Origin: Catajapyx aquilonaris
Lineage: Eukaryota
Length of the DNA: 64,000 nt
Direction: 5' to 3'
Assembly (NCBI GenBank): GCA_000934665.2
Contig: KZ538551.1
Coordinates: forward strand, 1 to 64,000
Shown: one piece after another, positions 1 through 13,820 of the stretch
How positions within the stretch are numbered: the stretch's first letter is position 1
How the letters are laid out: the number at the start of each line of letters is the position of its first letter
Made by a program: the position numbers and the translations under genes
The notes under the pieces: generated by a model
What the model saw: only the letters and a program-made list of their open reading frames with translations
Told to the model about the DNA's origin: nothing
Database searches by the model: none

Positions 1-171
1 CCCCCCCCCCCCCCAACTCTTCCTTACAATGCCAACACAATCTGAACGGAAAAATATGGGGGACCTAGCAAGGTTGATAGACGCAACAATCCCCAGTCTT
101 GTCTGAATCCCACCCACCGTTTACAGCGATAACTGAGGGCGATTAGAAGCTCGGAAAGACGCGATGCTGTC

Positions 172-2366
172 ATGTCGTTCATTATTGGACGGGAGATATC
201 GGGAATTATCACGCGGAAGGCATGTCGCGTCTTGATCCTCGTGTGGCACTCGGTTATCGCGGTGGCCGATCAGGAGTGGGTGGTATTCTGGTAAGGCGGG
301 ATGAGCTGCCTTTTAGGGAGAAAGATTGGCAATATTATGAATATTGTAATAAAGTAGGGTATCATGATATACCCAACTATAAAAGCTGATACATCACAGC
401 TTAATATCCTCCAGTGCTTCTGTGTGTTTTATATTAATGTTTGATTTATAACTTATTTCACAATCTCGCTGTAATAATTACAATGAGAACAGCAAATTTA
501 ATTGTATTACTTTTATAAAATTATTGTACAAAATTAACACAATAATAGACGGCATGTGTGTAATGTAGCAAACATATTTATTTTACACTACACATTAGTA
601 ATTGTTTATGATAATTTCTAATTTATGGCGGTCATGTATTAACACCATATTAATTGTCATGTTTTTTTTTACATTTGTATTTAAAATGTAGGTTGCCTTG
701 CCAGGATATCCATGCGCGTCTAATCGTTGGGGGTGATTTTCCCCCCATAAAAATAGCTTTTCATTTGTACACAAGTTACAGTGTCAAACTAGATTTTCTA
801 CTGGTTTTCAGGAAACAATAATCAGTAGTGCCAACAGATTTGGCAGTGCCTAAGGGCATCTTATTGGTCCGAAGAATTTTGGCCCGTTGGCCACTCTCCC
901 ATAGTTGAAGCTTCTACAGTCATCATCGATTGTCTCGGTTGATCTTTTTCTGCCGTGCCTTCAAGGGGGTAAAATACACACGTAGGCCTACCTCCGGGTG
1001 TGTTATACTGTACATTGTGTGTATATGCATCTTTTCCAGGAGTGTTGGTTCGCACCGACCCACCACAAAATGGTAGACGGGGAGGCAGCTAGGCCCCCAT
1101 CCTCTCCCGGCCCCTCCTGGAAAACAGGTTTCAGGCTCCATTATGGAGAATTACTGTACTGTAGGTCCCAACTAGCATGATTCAAACCGGATGGATCCAC
1201 TTAGCACACTGTTAATTGGGTTCTGAATTTTTTACCAGCCGCCATGCTCCCAGCATCTGCCTGTGTGTGTGTGTGTATAGAGCAATGTTCTAGCCCCAGC
1301 TTCATTCCCCCTCAAAAATTGTGTGCATCGTGTAGCCTACATCGTGGCTTGCTGGAGGGCAAATCACTTAATCAGTGTACAGTACAAGATGTAGTACCAC
1401 TAGCCATACCGACCCTGAGAGTGGCTATGCGCCATCTCTGTGAGGGATATAGTACTCTTTTCCAACTAAACAACTTTTCCATTTATTCAGAGGCCACGAA
1501 TCTGCCCAGATTTTTGCATCCCCTAGAAACCATCTTGTCGGCTAGCTAGAAAAATGCTTTTTCCAAGTCAGGAAACAAGCAAAGTTTTGGTTGTGAGTGA
1601 GGAGGGATGTGAGGGAGAGGGGAGAGGAGAGGGATACGCAAGCTCCCTCTCAGGCTCTATTAGCAGCCGCATTTACCAAGCCAGGGAGCCCATGATTTAT
1701 GACTAGCAGCCATCATGCAAGACTCTCCCAAGCCCTACCTGACAACCATGAGAAAATCAGAGCACGTGACGCATTATCAAGATGAGCACCAATCATTTCA
1801 GTCCCTCCATAGCAGTTACAGGGGAAGAAGACTGTGATTTTTGCAAAGAGCTGCTACCGGAGTCAAAAATAGCACAACGCTGCAAATTTTAGCTAAGAAC
1901 GTTAGCTGCTACTGGGGCCAATGATCGCAGAAGGCGGTCCAAAAAAGCGGCTGGTGGTGTATTTACACGTAGTTTGAACACAATTTTTCTTTAATGGTTT
2001 GGACCCAGCCGGTTTGTGAACCTCTCCTAAAAATGGAGCCAATTTAGTCGGGCCTGTAACAATCCGTACCTCTCTCGGCGCCTATTTGGGGGGGGGGGGA
2101 CAGTAGATCGCATTATCATTTCACTAAAGCGGCGTTTTCCGCCAAATCAGGGGGAAAAAACTCTTTTTTTTTCCAACCGGATTTACGGACCCGTCGTCAC
2201 ACAGGTTGCGTGGCGGTACATTTCGCCAGGGAGAGAAAGAGAGAGAGTTTGAGTCCATCCTCATCACGTACAGTTTGGAACAGTCCAACGGGGGGTATCG
2301 GTTTACTGTCGAGTTCGATGGAGAAGAGAGGGCCACCTCTACCCCTCAAAAAAACGAGCAGAGCAA
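172..2366 (+). CDS. Candidate spliced gene fragment (exons 172-290 and 2205-2366), possible signal peptide, product unknown
   Basis: Donor TG|gtaagg, acceptor cacag|G and donor AA|gtgagc have matching phase 2. Joined reading MSFIIG...RVLILVWHSVIAVA-DQEWVVFWLRGGTFRQGEKEREFESILITYSLEQSNGGYRFTVEF is open. No family recognised and no downstream exon confidently found. Confidence 0.35.
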
Positions 2367-4699
2367 GTGAGCATATAATGGCATTCCGACGACTTTTTTC
2401 CCCATTTTTTCAGTCGAGCTCCTGGCAGTGTATATTTATGAAGCTGTATGTGTAGAGAGGGGACTGAACAGCGCAGGATTGGTGCAAAAAGTGTGGCGAA
2501 AAGACTGGAGTTGTGGTCATTGTTGCAAGTGTAAAGCTGCCTGAAGAATGTGAAGAATTTTACAGGGCAATTCTACAGGTATTTTTTACAAATCCCTGAA
2601 GCTTGTTGATTTTTTTTTCATCGTTAGCTGACAGTGACACTGACAAAATTACACTATTCAATAAAAATTAGTAACATTACCCAAAAAATGAAGCGGAGAA
2701 ATCTGCCCCATCAAGAACACCACCATCGCCATCAAAAGAAAAATGGAAGCGCGACACATAATCAAATTACATCTTGTAACATCACAGCGAATAATTCCCC
2801 CTACCCCCAACAGGTTTTTTTTCCTCCCAACAGCTCACAAAAAAGCTCTCTCGAAATATTAATTTAGTTAATCACTGCCCGTCACTTTTCCCAGTCTCAC
2901 CCTGGAATCTCCAGGGATGTCCTGAACTTTTCTTCCCTCACCTTCTCTCTCGAATATTTTTTTTAAAAAGTGGAAAGATTGAAGCAATTACCATCTCGGG
3001 ACTATATCCTGTTTTCTCTCTCCGGTTCCCCCCCAAAAAGTGGAAAAGGGGAGGGCCTCTTTCCGCCTGCATAATTTATCTCCATATGAAAAGGAAGCAT
3101 AAATATTTCTGCCACCGTGGGAGAGAGAAATCTGACATCACTGGAGCATCTCAAAAACCACGGAGAATCTATACCAAACGACAGGTTCCAACCGCACTTG
3201 GAATCAAGCCATTTGTCGTCCTTATTTTTCAATCCGTGAGTGCATAAATTGACACACCTTCTTGCATTATGCGCAATTTATGTATATTTTTATGTATTAT
3301 GGTGTTTAATTTTTTCGTGACTTTTAAGCCTCCTGCCACCCACCAGTTTGACATCTGAAGCTTCTTGATTTAAAATGTTTCCTGGAGCGAACAATAGTAT
3401 ATTCTATACCCTCTATATGAAACTTTGGGCAGTGCTCCACCCTGTATTTTCCTCGAATCTTTTCTGTCAGTTACATGGGCAAATCCGTCTTAAAACTCGG
3501 CCCACGGTTCAATACACTCGCCTCCAATTTGCCGCCCCGGGGCTGCCCCTTCTTTTTTTCCCCTCCCCTCCGCATCTTCCTTCTTTCTATCTCGAGCTGT
3601 ATTTTCCTCCTGACTCGATGCATCATCCTCATTGTAATTCTATTATAGAAACTGGGCCTTATCGAAACCATAAGGCTTTGGCATAATGCTCCACTTGAAG
3701 CGACAAAGCCCCATCGATCTGATTCCTTGCGTTTCGTACTTAGAACGAGAAGGAGGAGGAGGAGGAAAGAAGGGGTGGGAAAGAAGGAAGAAGAAGAAGA
3801 AAAGGAAAAAGAAAAAAGTCGGATGCATGTGTCACGTTCCAAACGGTATTGATTGATCGGGGCCAATTCTGGCGGTTTTTCTTTCCGTTTCGGGGGTTGT
3901 TTTTTTTTTGGGGGGGGGGGGGGCTCTCTTATTTCTTTTGTTTCCGCCCGTCTCACCTTTGTCGACAGGATTCCGCCACAATGTACGTCCGATTCTTACC
4001 ACAAAGCAAATTGTGTTTGACTGCCATTTTTATGAGGGATTTGAACACGTAAGGTTTCACTACCTCTAGTAAACTTTTCGGCTGGAAAACTGGCATGAAA
4101 GTTAACTCTTAACTTGTCAGAAGATTGCAGAAACTGAGCTTAAAGGCATAACAATTGTGTCTTAACCCTGGCCATAAATTTGTCCAACTTCACACCCAGC
4201 ACTTTTTGGTCCAAAAAGAAGAGCAAGTAACAGAAAATTTCGCGTATCTTTTCCTCGGCGTTAAAATCAAGTTTATTAGATGGCTCCGTGGCATGAACCA
4301 CCAAGAGGAGAGAAAGAGCTTAAGCCAAAGACATGGTAATGAGGCAAAACTTGGGGCATTAGAAAGAAAAGTTTCCCGAAAGATTTTGGATTTACAAACG
4401 TAAACTACTGCCTTGAGGAGTGGGGCGGACGCGGGTAGAAGAGAAAGAGAAGAACCAATTAAAAGCCTTTCCCTCTCCTCCTCCTCGTCCTCCTCGTCCT
4501 TCTCTCTCTCAAAACTTTTCCTGGGCCTTGTAACAATTAGCGAGGACTTCCCCTCGCGCCCGATCGGGGAGCAGAAATATGTCGAATAAGAATAGGAGTT
4601 GGGCTAGACACAAAAGAGCCCAACTCCAACCGCATGCATCCCACTAACTGCTCTGCAGCATGTCATTACTGGTAACAGGCTTGTGAGTGACTAAAATGG

Positions 4700-5200
4700 G
4701 ATATCAGCTATTTTCGCACCTCTTGTTCAAAATAGCAGCTATGTGGTCACTGCTACGCGAGATAACAGTTACGTAAATGTGCTATGAATCGCTGCTAAAT
4801 GGAGAATTGAAAAGACATTAACTGTTGTTTTGCTATTTGTCGCTGCTACTCAAAGCAGCAGTTACGTACACCTGCTATTAATTGCTGCTACTGGAGTAAC
4901 ATAATAACTGCTATCTTTCTATTTTGTCGCTGCTGTTGAAAAATAGCAGCTAACATGTCGCTCCTGTAGCAGTGATTCTATCAAATTCATTCTTTCCTTA
5001 TTGAAAAATGAATTTGCTATAAATATTTGCAATGTGAATTATCTGTGAATTACTTCTAATGGAGCATTGCAACGACACAGTAACTGCTACTCTGAGCAGC
5101 AGCGATAAACAGTATCTGTTTTCACAGCAGTGACAAAAATAGCAGTACTAGTAAATTGATAGCAGCGATTGCTACTACTGCTATTGGTATTTGCTACGAT
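4700..5200. repeat. Degenerate AGCAGCTA/ACTGCTA-rich repeat tract
   Basis: Recurrent TAGCAG, CTGCTA and TGTCGCTGCT motifs in both orientations. Confidence 0.6.
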
Positions 5201-7606
5201 TTGTTCAACCAGTTTGCATAATTTCAACGTGTCCAAGTTGCGGTTGTTAATTGCTACTTATAGGAGTCTGGTTGTACAAAAAAAATTGCAATGATTGCCC
5301 ACAGCTACTTATTATCAGGCCGCAGGCAGCCGTGCTAACCGGGTTTGATAAGTGAGTTGCGGTCCCTGACATTACAGCACTCTAATGTCAAATGGAGCTT
5401 GGGAAAATTTTCGCAATCCCCACCGGAAGCAATTAGCTAACTGCCACATGTGCCTCCCACCCGCCCACCCACCCAACACACACACACACAATGACTTTTA
5501 GTCAATCCCCCACCCCTACCCCACCACCCCCACCCTCGAATTAGAATCTGCAAAATCCGGTCTTTCGCCAAAGCATTCAAACTAATTAAAAATAGTGCCG
5601 CTAATTTATATTTTTCTGCTGCTAAATATGCTTGAGCTCACTGCTACACTTGAAGCTAATACTCCGACAGTGTGATTTTAATCTTCAAAAAAATGGTTCC
5701 CTCTGCTAACTCGGATAAACCCGCCCTTCAAAAAAAATATATACCGTGCGTTTTGTATAAACTCGTTGTTGCCATGCTAACCGGTTGCCATGCTAGCTAA
5801 TTCTGGACAAACGAACAAACGTTGCCTTTTACAGTATATTAATGGAGATGATACGCCCGAGTGACCCTTGAGTTGCCCCCATAGAAGTTTCTCATGAAGC
5901 ACCCTGTACGTATGTGAGTGCAATTTGCGCATGCCTTCCAGCACGAGCCTCATTACACGGGCCAGAGTCAATGAGGCTGCTCAAAGCCCTACTTGCATGC
6001 ACAGTACGGAACTTTTCCCCCGGAAAAAAAACCGGGGGTACCTAGGGCACACACACATTGAAGCTCTTGTGCACTAACCTGTTTTTGCAATAATTTAGCT
6101 TTTCCTTTTCCACTGCCACTGCTCAGCAAAATTACTGGGGGAGTTAGAATGAAAACAAGTACAGGTATACAGTGTGTCTGTACTGTCCATTCTTCAGCAT
6201 ACAGTACTTTAAATTAATTTCATGCCGACTTCACATTACGTATAACTCCTGGATACATCTTGGTTGTTTTCCCCTCAATATTTGACCTGACCTCCCAGCA
6301 AAATCCCAGCATCCTTATCAAGATGTAGCCCATTAAACCTGCGACATCCGCCACTTTGTGTCCCTTTTGGCAACCACAGCATCGTGTTTCCTCCCAGTTG
6401 CAATGAAGAATTCAGGCCAGAAAAGTGGACCTACTCCAACAATCAATTTCTGGTGCTGAGTGTTAAAAAAAACGTACAGTAGGCCTACGTGGCATTACAT
6501 CACTGCCAAGTCTACCGTCGCATCCGAAAATATTTACCTCGCAAGAAACTCGGCTCCGACGTTTAAACAGGTGCTGCATGGCTCTGCAGGCAGTAAATTA
6601 TTTTCGCAACGTTCAGACGTTTACACAAGAATTCATCCCCAGTTGAAAATACTCAAAAGTCGGATCCTCCAGACATCCCTAGAGGCACTCACGGCATTCA
6701 ATTACACCAGGTAAAAAAAATATGTATACCAAAAGCCGACGAAGGCTTACTAAAAATCTGACTTTACAAACAGACGTAAGCACTGAATTCTCGCAAGCAA
6801 TATTCTTCGGAAGATCTTTACTACGCGACGAAGTGACGGGAGGCGGGATGGAGGCGGGGGGCAGTTCAGAGAGCGCGTCCGAATGGGTGAAGCTCGCCGT
6901 GGAAAAACCACAATAACGTTCGTTGTCCTGCAGCCCCACAAAACGTACAGTAACTCTTGAGGCTATATAACCCACAATAAGCACCCAGCTCCGCAATTAA
7001 CTAAAATTATCACGCTAATGGACGGACCCTGCCCTGGCGTGCCCACAAAGAACCACAGTTCTTATAGGGATACATAAAAGGCGGCTGAACTTGCGAGTAC
7101 ACGTACGATAGCTTCCCCCCTTGCGAGCACACTCTTTTCTATATGACCAGTTCGGCCAAATCTCTTCTTCCAGGTTCAACAAAGTGCACATTCCATGCCA
7201 AGCGGAAGCTTAATGATCCTCGGGAAAACAGAGACGCTACAAAGCCACTGTCAGCAGCTCTGCATTTTTGCGTGCCACCACCACTCCAGGATATCTGTCT
7301 GCCAGGAGGAGGTTTTTTTTCTCCCTTAAGAGGGGAAGAAGGAGCCAACATTTTAGCTCCAAGACATTTGCCTTCTACTTGAAACCGATTGCCGACTGTG
7401 CCCCTTACCGTTCTCTCAATGTATAGTGCGATACTGGCTCCAGGAACAGGAAGAGCCATTACACTCCACTAGGACCAACTTAACGACTGAGAGCACGATT
7501 CCAACGGACCATTGTCCATCAGTCAGACGAAAGCACTTTTTTTAACCAGTTTCACGGACTACGCTGGATTTATAAGCATGGAGGTCATAACAATTATTGT
7601 ACTCAC

Positions 7607-7661
7607 CGTTCTGTAGTCTCAGGTGGACTTCATGATGAATCCACCACACGTGTCGGGGTCA
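7607..7661 (-). other. Isolated 55-nt exon-like segment with strong splice sites; stop codons in all three frames
   Basis: ctctctctctttgcag| ... ACG|gtgagt. Confidence 0.3.
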
Positions 7662-8099
7662 CTGCAAAGAGAGAGAGAAGAGTTGCACAAATGCATCTCC
7701 TGAGCCAGGGAAATGATTTGGGTAATGGAAATCCGTCCGACAACTTGGGTTCCAAACCCAGGGCAAAGTCCATCGGTTTGTTTGTGTATGGGTTTATGAA
7801 TTATTCACCCGTAGGCATGGAGGCAGCCCTCGGTTCCCAAACTTGGGTCTCTAATCGCCGCTTCCACTCCGGATCCGAACCTGGGCCCAATCAACTAATT
7901 GCTACAGAAAACAGGTGCAGCTCACTCGGCCAGCGAACTAGTCGAAAGAACACGGGGAATCGCTGTACTGTACATAGATGACATTCTGCCACTCTCAGGG
8001 GGGCCGTGCTACAGTGGTATACTACATACACTTCGCTGGACAAACAGAGGCACAGACTCCTAATTCTAGGATGATTTGTGTATTGTACGGTGTATGGTA

Positions 8100-8182
8100 C
8101 CTAACCTAACCGGACTATAATCTATAACCTAACCCTATATTATAATCTAACCATAATCTAACCTAACCTAACGTAACCTAAC
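8100..8182. repeat. (CCTAA)n-like telomere-type degenerate repeat
   Basis: CTAACCTAAC...CTAACCTAACCTAACGTAACCTAAC. Confidence 0.7.
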
Positions 8183-11100
8183 ATGATGAACTGGTTGTCC
8201 AGCCCAGAGTTAACATTTCGAAAAGTCGCGACCGTGGACCCACATCTGGCGATTTCCGTTTTTCTGGAAGCGGAAAAAAAGAGTTGTGGGAGAAATTCTC
8301 GGAGCCAGTGCTGCAGCAATCAGTGGAAAGAAGAAAGAAAGAAAAAAAGGACGAGATGTGTGTGCAGGAGCCGAGGAAAAGTGAACTCATCCGGTGCAGC
8401 CGCTCTTCTTCCCACCGCCCCCACCCCTCTACCCCCCCCCCCCAGGTCTGAATAAACCACTTTCCACCCCCCTCCTCCTCCCCAACCTCCTCTCTTATCC
8501 CTAGATTACTTCCACCTTTCTTGCTTTCAGAACAATAAAGTTCTCGCGTTGCTTTACGTAACTTTGGAGCAGTCGCCGCAACATCACATCTGGAGTCTGT
8601 GCCTCTGTTTGTCCGGCTCGGATAGGTAGTGTGCGCCATCTATGTGACGGATATGATACTACATGGACTGCGTCCGTAACCGGTCCGTACTAAAAAGCAT
8701 CAGGAATCCTCATTACATTTTGAGCTGCTTGTTGCTCCCGCATTCCGGTTAAGAGAAGGAAATTGCGAAAATAAAATCGACGTTAATCAACATTTTTCCA
8801 ATACATGCAAATTTCGAGTTCATTAAATTCCATCCCCCCAAAAAATAATAATGTATTGTGAGGAATGAGCTCCCGACAACATGGGAGGACCGACCCCCCC
8901 GACACTTCCCAGGGGGGGATGTGCCGCATGTCATAATTAACTTAAAATTATTTTTTTCATGTGTGTCGTGATGGGGGTTGGCGTACCGATTTTTTTTAGA
9001 AGTACAGAGAATATCTATGTATAATTATGAACTGCTGAAAAATTATACTTCACAAAAGTCGGCCACAATTTTGACCTCGCAAGAAACAATTATTAGCCAC
9101 CTGCTTCTCTTCTAAAAATGTTTGGCAGTAAAAACCTGAAGAATTTCTTTACTGCCATTTTTGGCGAATTATTGCTTACTCTGTTTCACTCTTTATACTT
9201 CATGCTTACTTTTTACTGCCTTGCCAGACAACCCACAAAGAAATAGAAATGCTGCAGAAAGAATCTCTAGTAAAACGGGGGTGGGACACTGTCCATGTTT
9301 GGAAACTGTCCCGTCGTTTGGGATGGGACATAACGTCGACTTTTTCGTAGAATTCCACTGTCCGGAATGGGTGATCTCGTCACAGCGGAAAACTTCATGC
9401 CTTTTGTTGTCGTTCATGGAGATTAAAGGGATGGGGGAGAGAGACACAAAAAGTATATATCTTCAGTTTGGTCAGTTTCAACCGATTCTGGCAAACGGAA
9501 GAAGAAAATTTCAACTATTCGACAGCAAAAAAAAAGTTTTAACTTATAAAGCCCCCTTAAAAAGTTCATGGAGTGGTGGAAATCGTTCCTCTTTTTTATC
9601 GGGTCAGTTTATATCATTGTGCCAAGATTGAGTTGGAAGTATTGGAATCTGATGGTCAAAATTTAACATGCAAAACGATGTTAATAGCCAAGTTGAGGTT
9701 AGGCCCGATCCTACTACAGCTGCATTTTCGTCGAGCAGAAATTTATTAGTTGAAAGTTTCACCAATGACGTTCCAAACACTTAGCATTACTGTGTTTGTT
9801 ATTAATTACCTTTTTACCACTTTATTTGGCCGTAACCTTGTCTTAAAACTACACACGAGACAGAACAACTGCTCCAAAAATTGCGACTGTAATCCGCGTC
9901 TAATTGGTTAGTCAAAGTAATTCCTTTGTAGCTTGTGACATCAATAAATTCACAAAGAACATTAATTTCTTGGAAGCCGTTTCGATGGGAGAGGCTCAGA
10001 TTTTGCCATCCGTTAAATCATTCCTTAACTTAACTGACTATATCGGATTGATGGTCGATTAATCACCTTCCGCTTTTTTCTCCTTATCTTCCAAATAAAA
10101 CAAGAGGGGAAGAGCCGCACTAAACCTTTAAAAAAAAAAGTCTTTTTGCAGCTTTTTCCTCCACCAAATTTTCTGCACATCTCCCTTTGACCTGCTGAGG
10201 TGATTTATAACCCTTTTCCTTCAATAGAGAAGCATTTCTCACCACCAAGACTGATGCGAGGAAAAACACACACAAAAAAGTTGGTTTATTGTTTCGCATT
10301 TTTTTGTATACTCTATCTTGCAATGAATATAGCACTTGGGCTAGTACCCAGGCGATAAGAAATAGCAATGAAATTGTGACAAATTTAACGCAAAATTTTG
10401 GTATTGTCGATAAACTTGGCAACACTCCCCGTCACGTCTGTCCAGGTAGTACTATACCCATGGCACACTACTGCGGACCAAGCCAATTCTATTGATGCAA
10501 TGATCTTGTGTAATTCTCTTTCAAATAAGTGCTGCAATACATGAGAGAACATTATTATATGTAGCGAGAATCTTGTTGCTACACTCCCACTTTCAAGGGG
10601 TTATCTTATTGAGGGCGTGTTCATATACGCTGCTTGTTCACACAATTTTGGTAACGACTTGTGTGCTTTAGCTCATTACGACACCATCGTTGCTTGCTAG
10701 GAGGTCACATAAGCCGTCTCTGTCGCCAAAATGGCCAGCTGATGCGCAGGTGTGTCAACTAATTTAGCTACTAAGCGACACCGCCAGTTGTTTATTACTC
10801 AGCGGTTAGTTTCAGCGAGTATTTAAAAAATATTAGTTAATAACGAGTAATAGATCAAAAAGGTATTCGTTGGTGGTTAAGGCAAAATCGTCAATTCCGG
10901 CGCAGGAGTAAATACAGTGAGGCAAAATCAGACCAAAAAAAAAATGTGAAGCGCCCAATGGTATAATACATATCCTTGGCGGCGCAATTAATAGGCTTAT
11001 CTCTCTCGGGTAATCCCCAGAGGAGGCCTGATAATAGAAACGGCGCGCGACTAATTAATGCGATGTAATAAAGGGGGTTGGTGTCTGCTGCTGGTGGTGG

Positions 11101-11562
11101 CAAAACCCAAGGCTTTGGCTGTGGGACGACCTGAAGCATCGACTTATTGACAAGAGTCCAGGTAGCACTATTAGTGTCGACTCGTGCCACGATGACAGCG
11201 ATAAAAGCTATCCACCCACCCTCCCTCCCTACCCTCCCTATTCCCGGAGTAGCCTTCGGGTTCTAACTGTGGGAGAGGGGGAAGGAGAAGGCCTGCTGAG
11301 ATAGTCATCTACTCTCTCGAAGCAAGCGCTCTCACTTGAGTGCGGAATCAATTTGAATGAGTTTTAGGGAAGAGGCTTACTTGCCGCACATTTCAAGTCG
11401 ATCCGGGACTAACAGCCGGGTTTTAAATGCGGATCAAAAAGCTGTTGCTCCATGCTGGATTACCGCTAGTTTATTTTTTATATATATATATAAAAACATC
11501 TATCCATTTCGCCACCACAATATTTGTTAAAACTAAGTATAGCCTAGTTAATATTGCTAATG

Positions 11563-11888
11563 CAGGGTGTTTCAACTTTTTTGTCCGAACAGTTATCGGA
11601 AAATTGCATGTAGCTGCTACTTTGTAAGCAGTAACTTGCAAACGGTGATTTTTCGGAAGAACGGAGAATATTCCCTGCGAATCGCAGGTTGGCATACGTG
11701 CTGCTCGCTGAAAATTGAGGGTCAAGCCTGGAAAAAAGAGGGTCACACATGCCATTGGGATGTGTGGCTCTCTTTTTCCCCATTCCCCGTTCCTCCGACA
11801 AATCACCGGTTGCAAGTCACTGCTTACAAAGTAGCAGCTACGTGAAATTTTCCGATAACTGTTCGGACAAAAAAGTTGAAACACCCTG
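11563..11888. mobile_element. Tc1/mariner-type MITE with ~105-bp TIRs
   Basis: CAGGGTGTTTCAACTTTTTTGTCCGAACAGTTATCGGAAAATT... and its reverse complement ending GAAACACCCTG|TA. The left flank is TG (probably a mutated TA). Confidence 0.9.
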
Positions 11889-12622
11889 TATTAGCATTAT
11901 TAACTGTTGTATTGTACAAAACAACTAATATACAAACTCATAAATAAACTAGAACTAATATTATGCTAAATAATATCTGATGCATAACCAACACGATAAC
12001 TAATAAATTTAGCTAATAAGCTAATAGCTGATGCATAACCAATGCGATAAATCTATAAATCAGCTGTGCTACTCCACCCCCTCCCCCTGTGTCACGTACT
12101 GTCACGCAGGCTCCGTCGACGTGACGTTACATGCGAACGGGGTGCCTCGAATGGAAATGTCCAATCGGACCAGACGGAGCAAATTGGACACACTTTTCAC
12201 ATGAGTACTGGTTGCTCCCTTGCTGGTCCACATCTCCACTCCTCCCCACTCTCTCCTCCCCATCCTCTTCCCCTGATGGACTTCCCCCAACATGAGTATC
12301 CCAGAACGTGCTTGGAATGAAGGAGGTCTCGACTACCACAATCGATGGATGGTTGGCTGGCCTCCCCCATTCTCCTCCTCCTCTCCCCTCCTCCCCTCTT
12401 CCCCCTATGTACCGTACACACGCGCCTGCTATTATCTTGCTACACTCTACTTGATGGAGACAGAATTGGGTGTTATTGAGGCAAAGTCAATACTTCTCCC
12501 CCTCTATAGCCAAGGGAGGTCCATTTTCCACACCTTTTGTTGTCAGTTTGTACACACAACAAGCAGGACATAAAATTAGCAGCTATTTCTTATCACTTGG
12601 CGACTGCTACTAGCAAGTAGTG

Positions 12623-12900
12623 GTTAGTTAACGGGCCCAAAAAAGCGGGTGATGTGAATTAGCAGTTATTCCTACAAAATGTCAGTAGCTATGCTAGTGC
12701 TATTTTGTGGAGATTTTGGCAAATTTTGCGAATTAGAGCTATTTCTACGAACCAGCAGTAGCAATTGTTGCTACTGCTGTTTTGTGGACATAGCTGTTAA
12801 TTCCCACCACCCGCTTTTTTCGGTCCGTTAGCTAACTGCTGTGCATTAGTTGCAGTTGCTAATGGTTAGTTAACGGGCCGGAAAAAAACGGGTGGTGTGA
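12623..12900. mobile_element. Palindromic MITE-like element (12623-12836) plus an adjacent extra left end (12863-12900)
   Basis: GTTAGTTAACGGGCCCAAAAAAGCGGGTG... / ...CACCCGCTTTTTTCGGTCCGTTAGCTAAC, then GTTAGTTAACGGGCCGGAAAAAAACGGGTGG again. Confidence 0.7.
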
Positions 12901-13689
12901 CACGATTTCCGTTCTGTATAGCCGCGCAGGTTGACCGCCGTAACAGCTAATTCTGGTGGAACAGACAATGCCAGTTGCAATTCAATTCGCAAACCTGACG
13001 GGCGTGTCAATCATTCCGGGCTCATCCCAGTCCCAAGGTATAATAATTAGCCCACCGTTGTATATGTAACATACAGTTCCGCACACGACACAAGAGAGGT
13101 ATGTATATGGTACATCAGAGAGAGAGAGAGAGGTAGGCCTCAACTTGCGCCGCATTTTGGCAATTAATCGAACTTTCCCTGGATTGTGGGCGACCCATGG
13201 CGCAAAATTTCATCGCCTAATGGGGACAAAATGCGGGCAAAAAGTCATTCCGCCTGACAATATGACGAGTGTGATGTATGCATGAGCGGTTCTTTTCCAC
13301 CCCGCTGAACCCGCTGCATGCCAGTCCACACGATACATGTTTTGACTAATTCAGCAGGGCACTAAGGCCAGACTTATATGACACACAAAACGCACCCACA
13401 GCTTGTCTTGTCTGTTGTAAAACGGAAAACCCAGGCCATGATGACAAGAGCGAGACAACTGCTGGACTCTCTTTGTAAATTATTGCCTCGGACTTAACTT
13501 AATAATTATAGACTTTCAGGCTACTACTATCGTCAACGTCATCGTACAGACACATACTGGTGCACCGGTATGACCGGGATATGTCGGTAATAATAGCCCG
13601 ATTAATTAATTAATTGCTTCTCTCAGGGAAGAGGAAGGTGTTGAGCAAAATTTATTATAAGCTATAATCGCTTATAAAAATAGCATTTC

Positions 13690-13820
13690 TCTGCCTCGTT
13701 CCGGGGTAAGTCATCACATAGGTGCATGTAGTACCACTACCCCTCGCACAGCTGAGAGTGGCAGCAGTGTGCAGAGAGGGAGGATGCGCCATCTATGAGC
13801 GAAAGAAGGTACTTCGTGGA
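13690..13820 (+). repeat. AGATGGCGC-family copy, closely similar to 45130-45235
   Basis: GTCATCAC..ATGTAGTACCACTACCCCTCGCAC...GTGCAGAGAGGGAGGATGCGCCATCT. Confidence 0.8.

Noticed and set aside
11075..11305. Tc1 transposase remnant (LWDDLKHRL)
   Set aside because: Similarity limited to a few residues with no flanking DDE motifs.
11471..11884. Paired ORFs both starting MFQLFCPNSYRKI
   Set aside because: Artefact of the MITE terminal inverted repeats.
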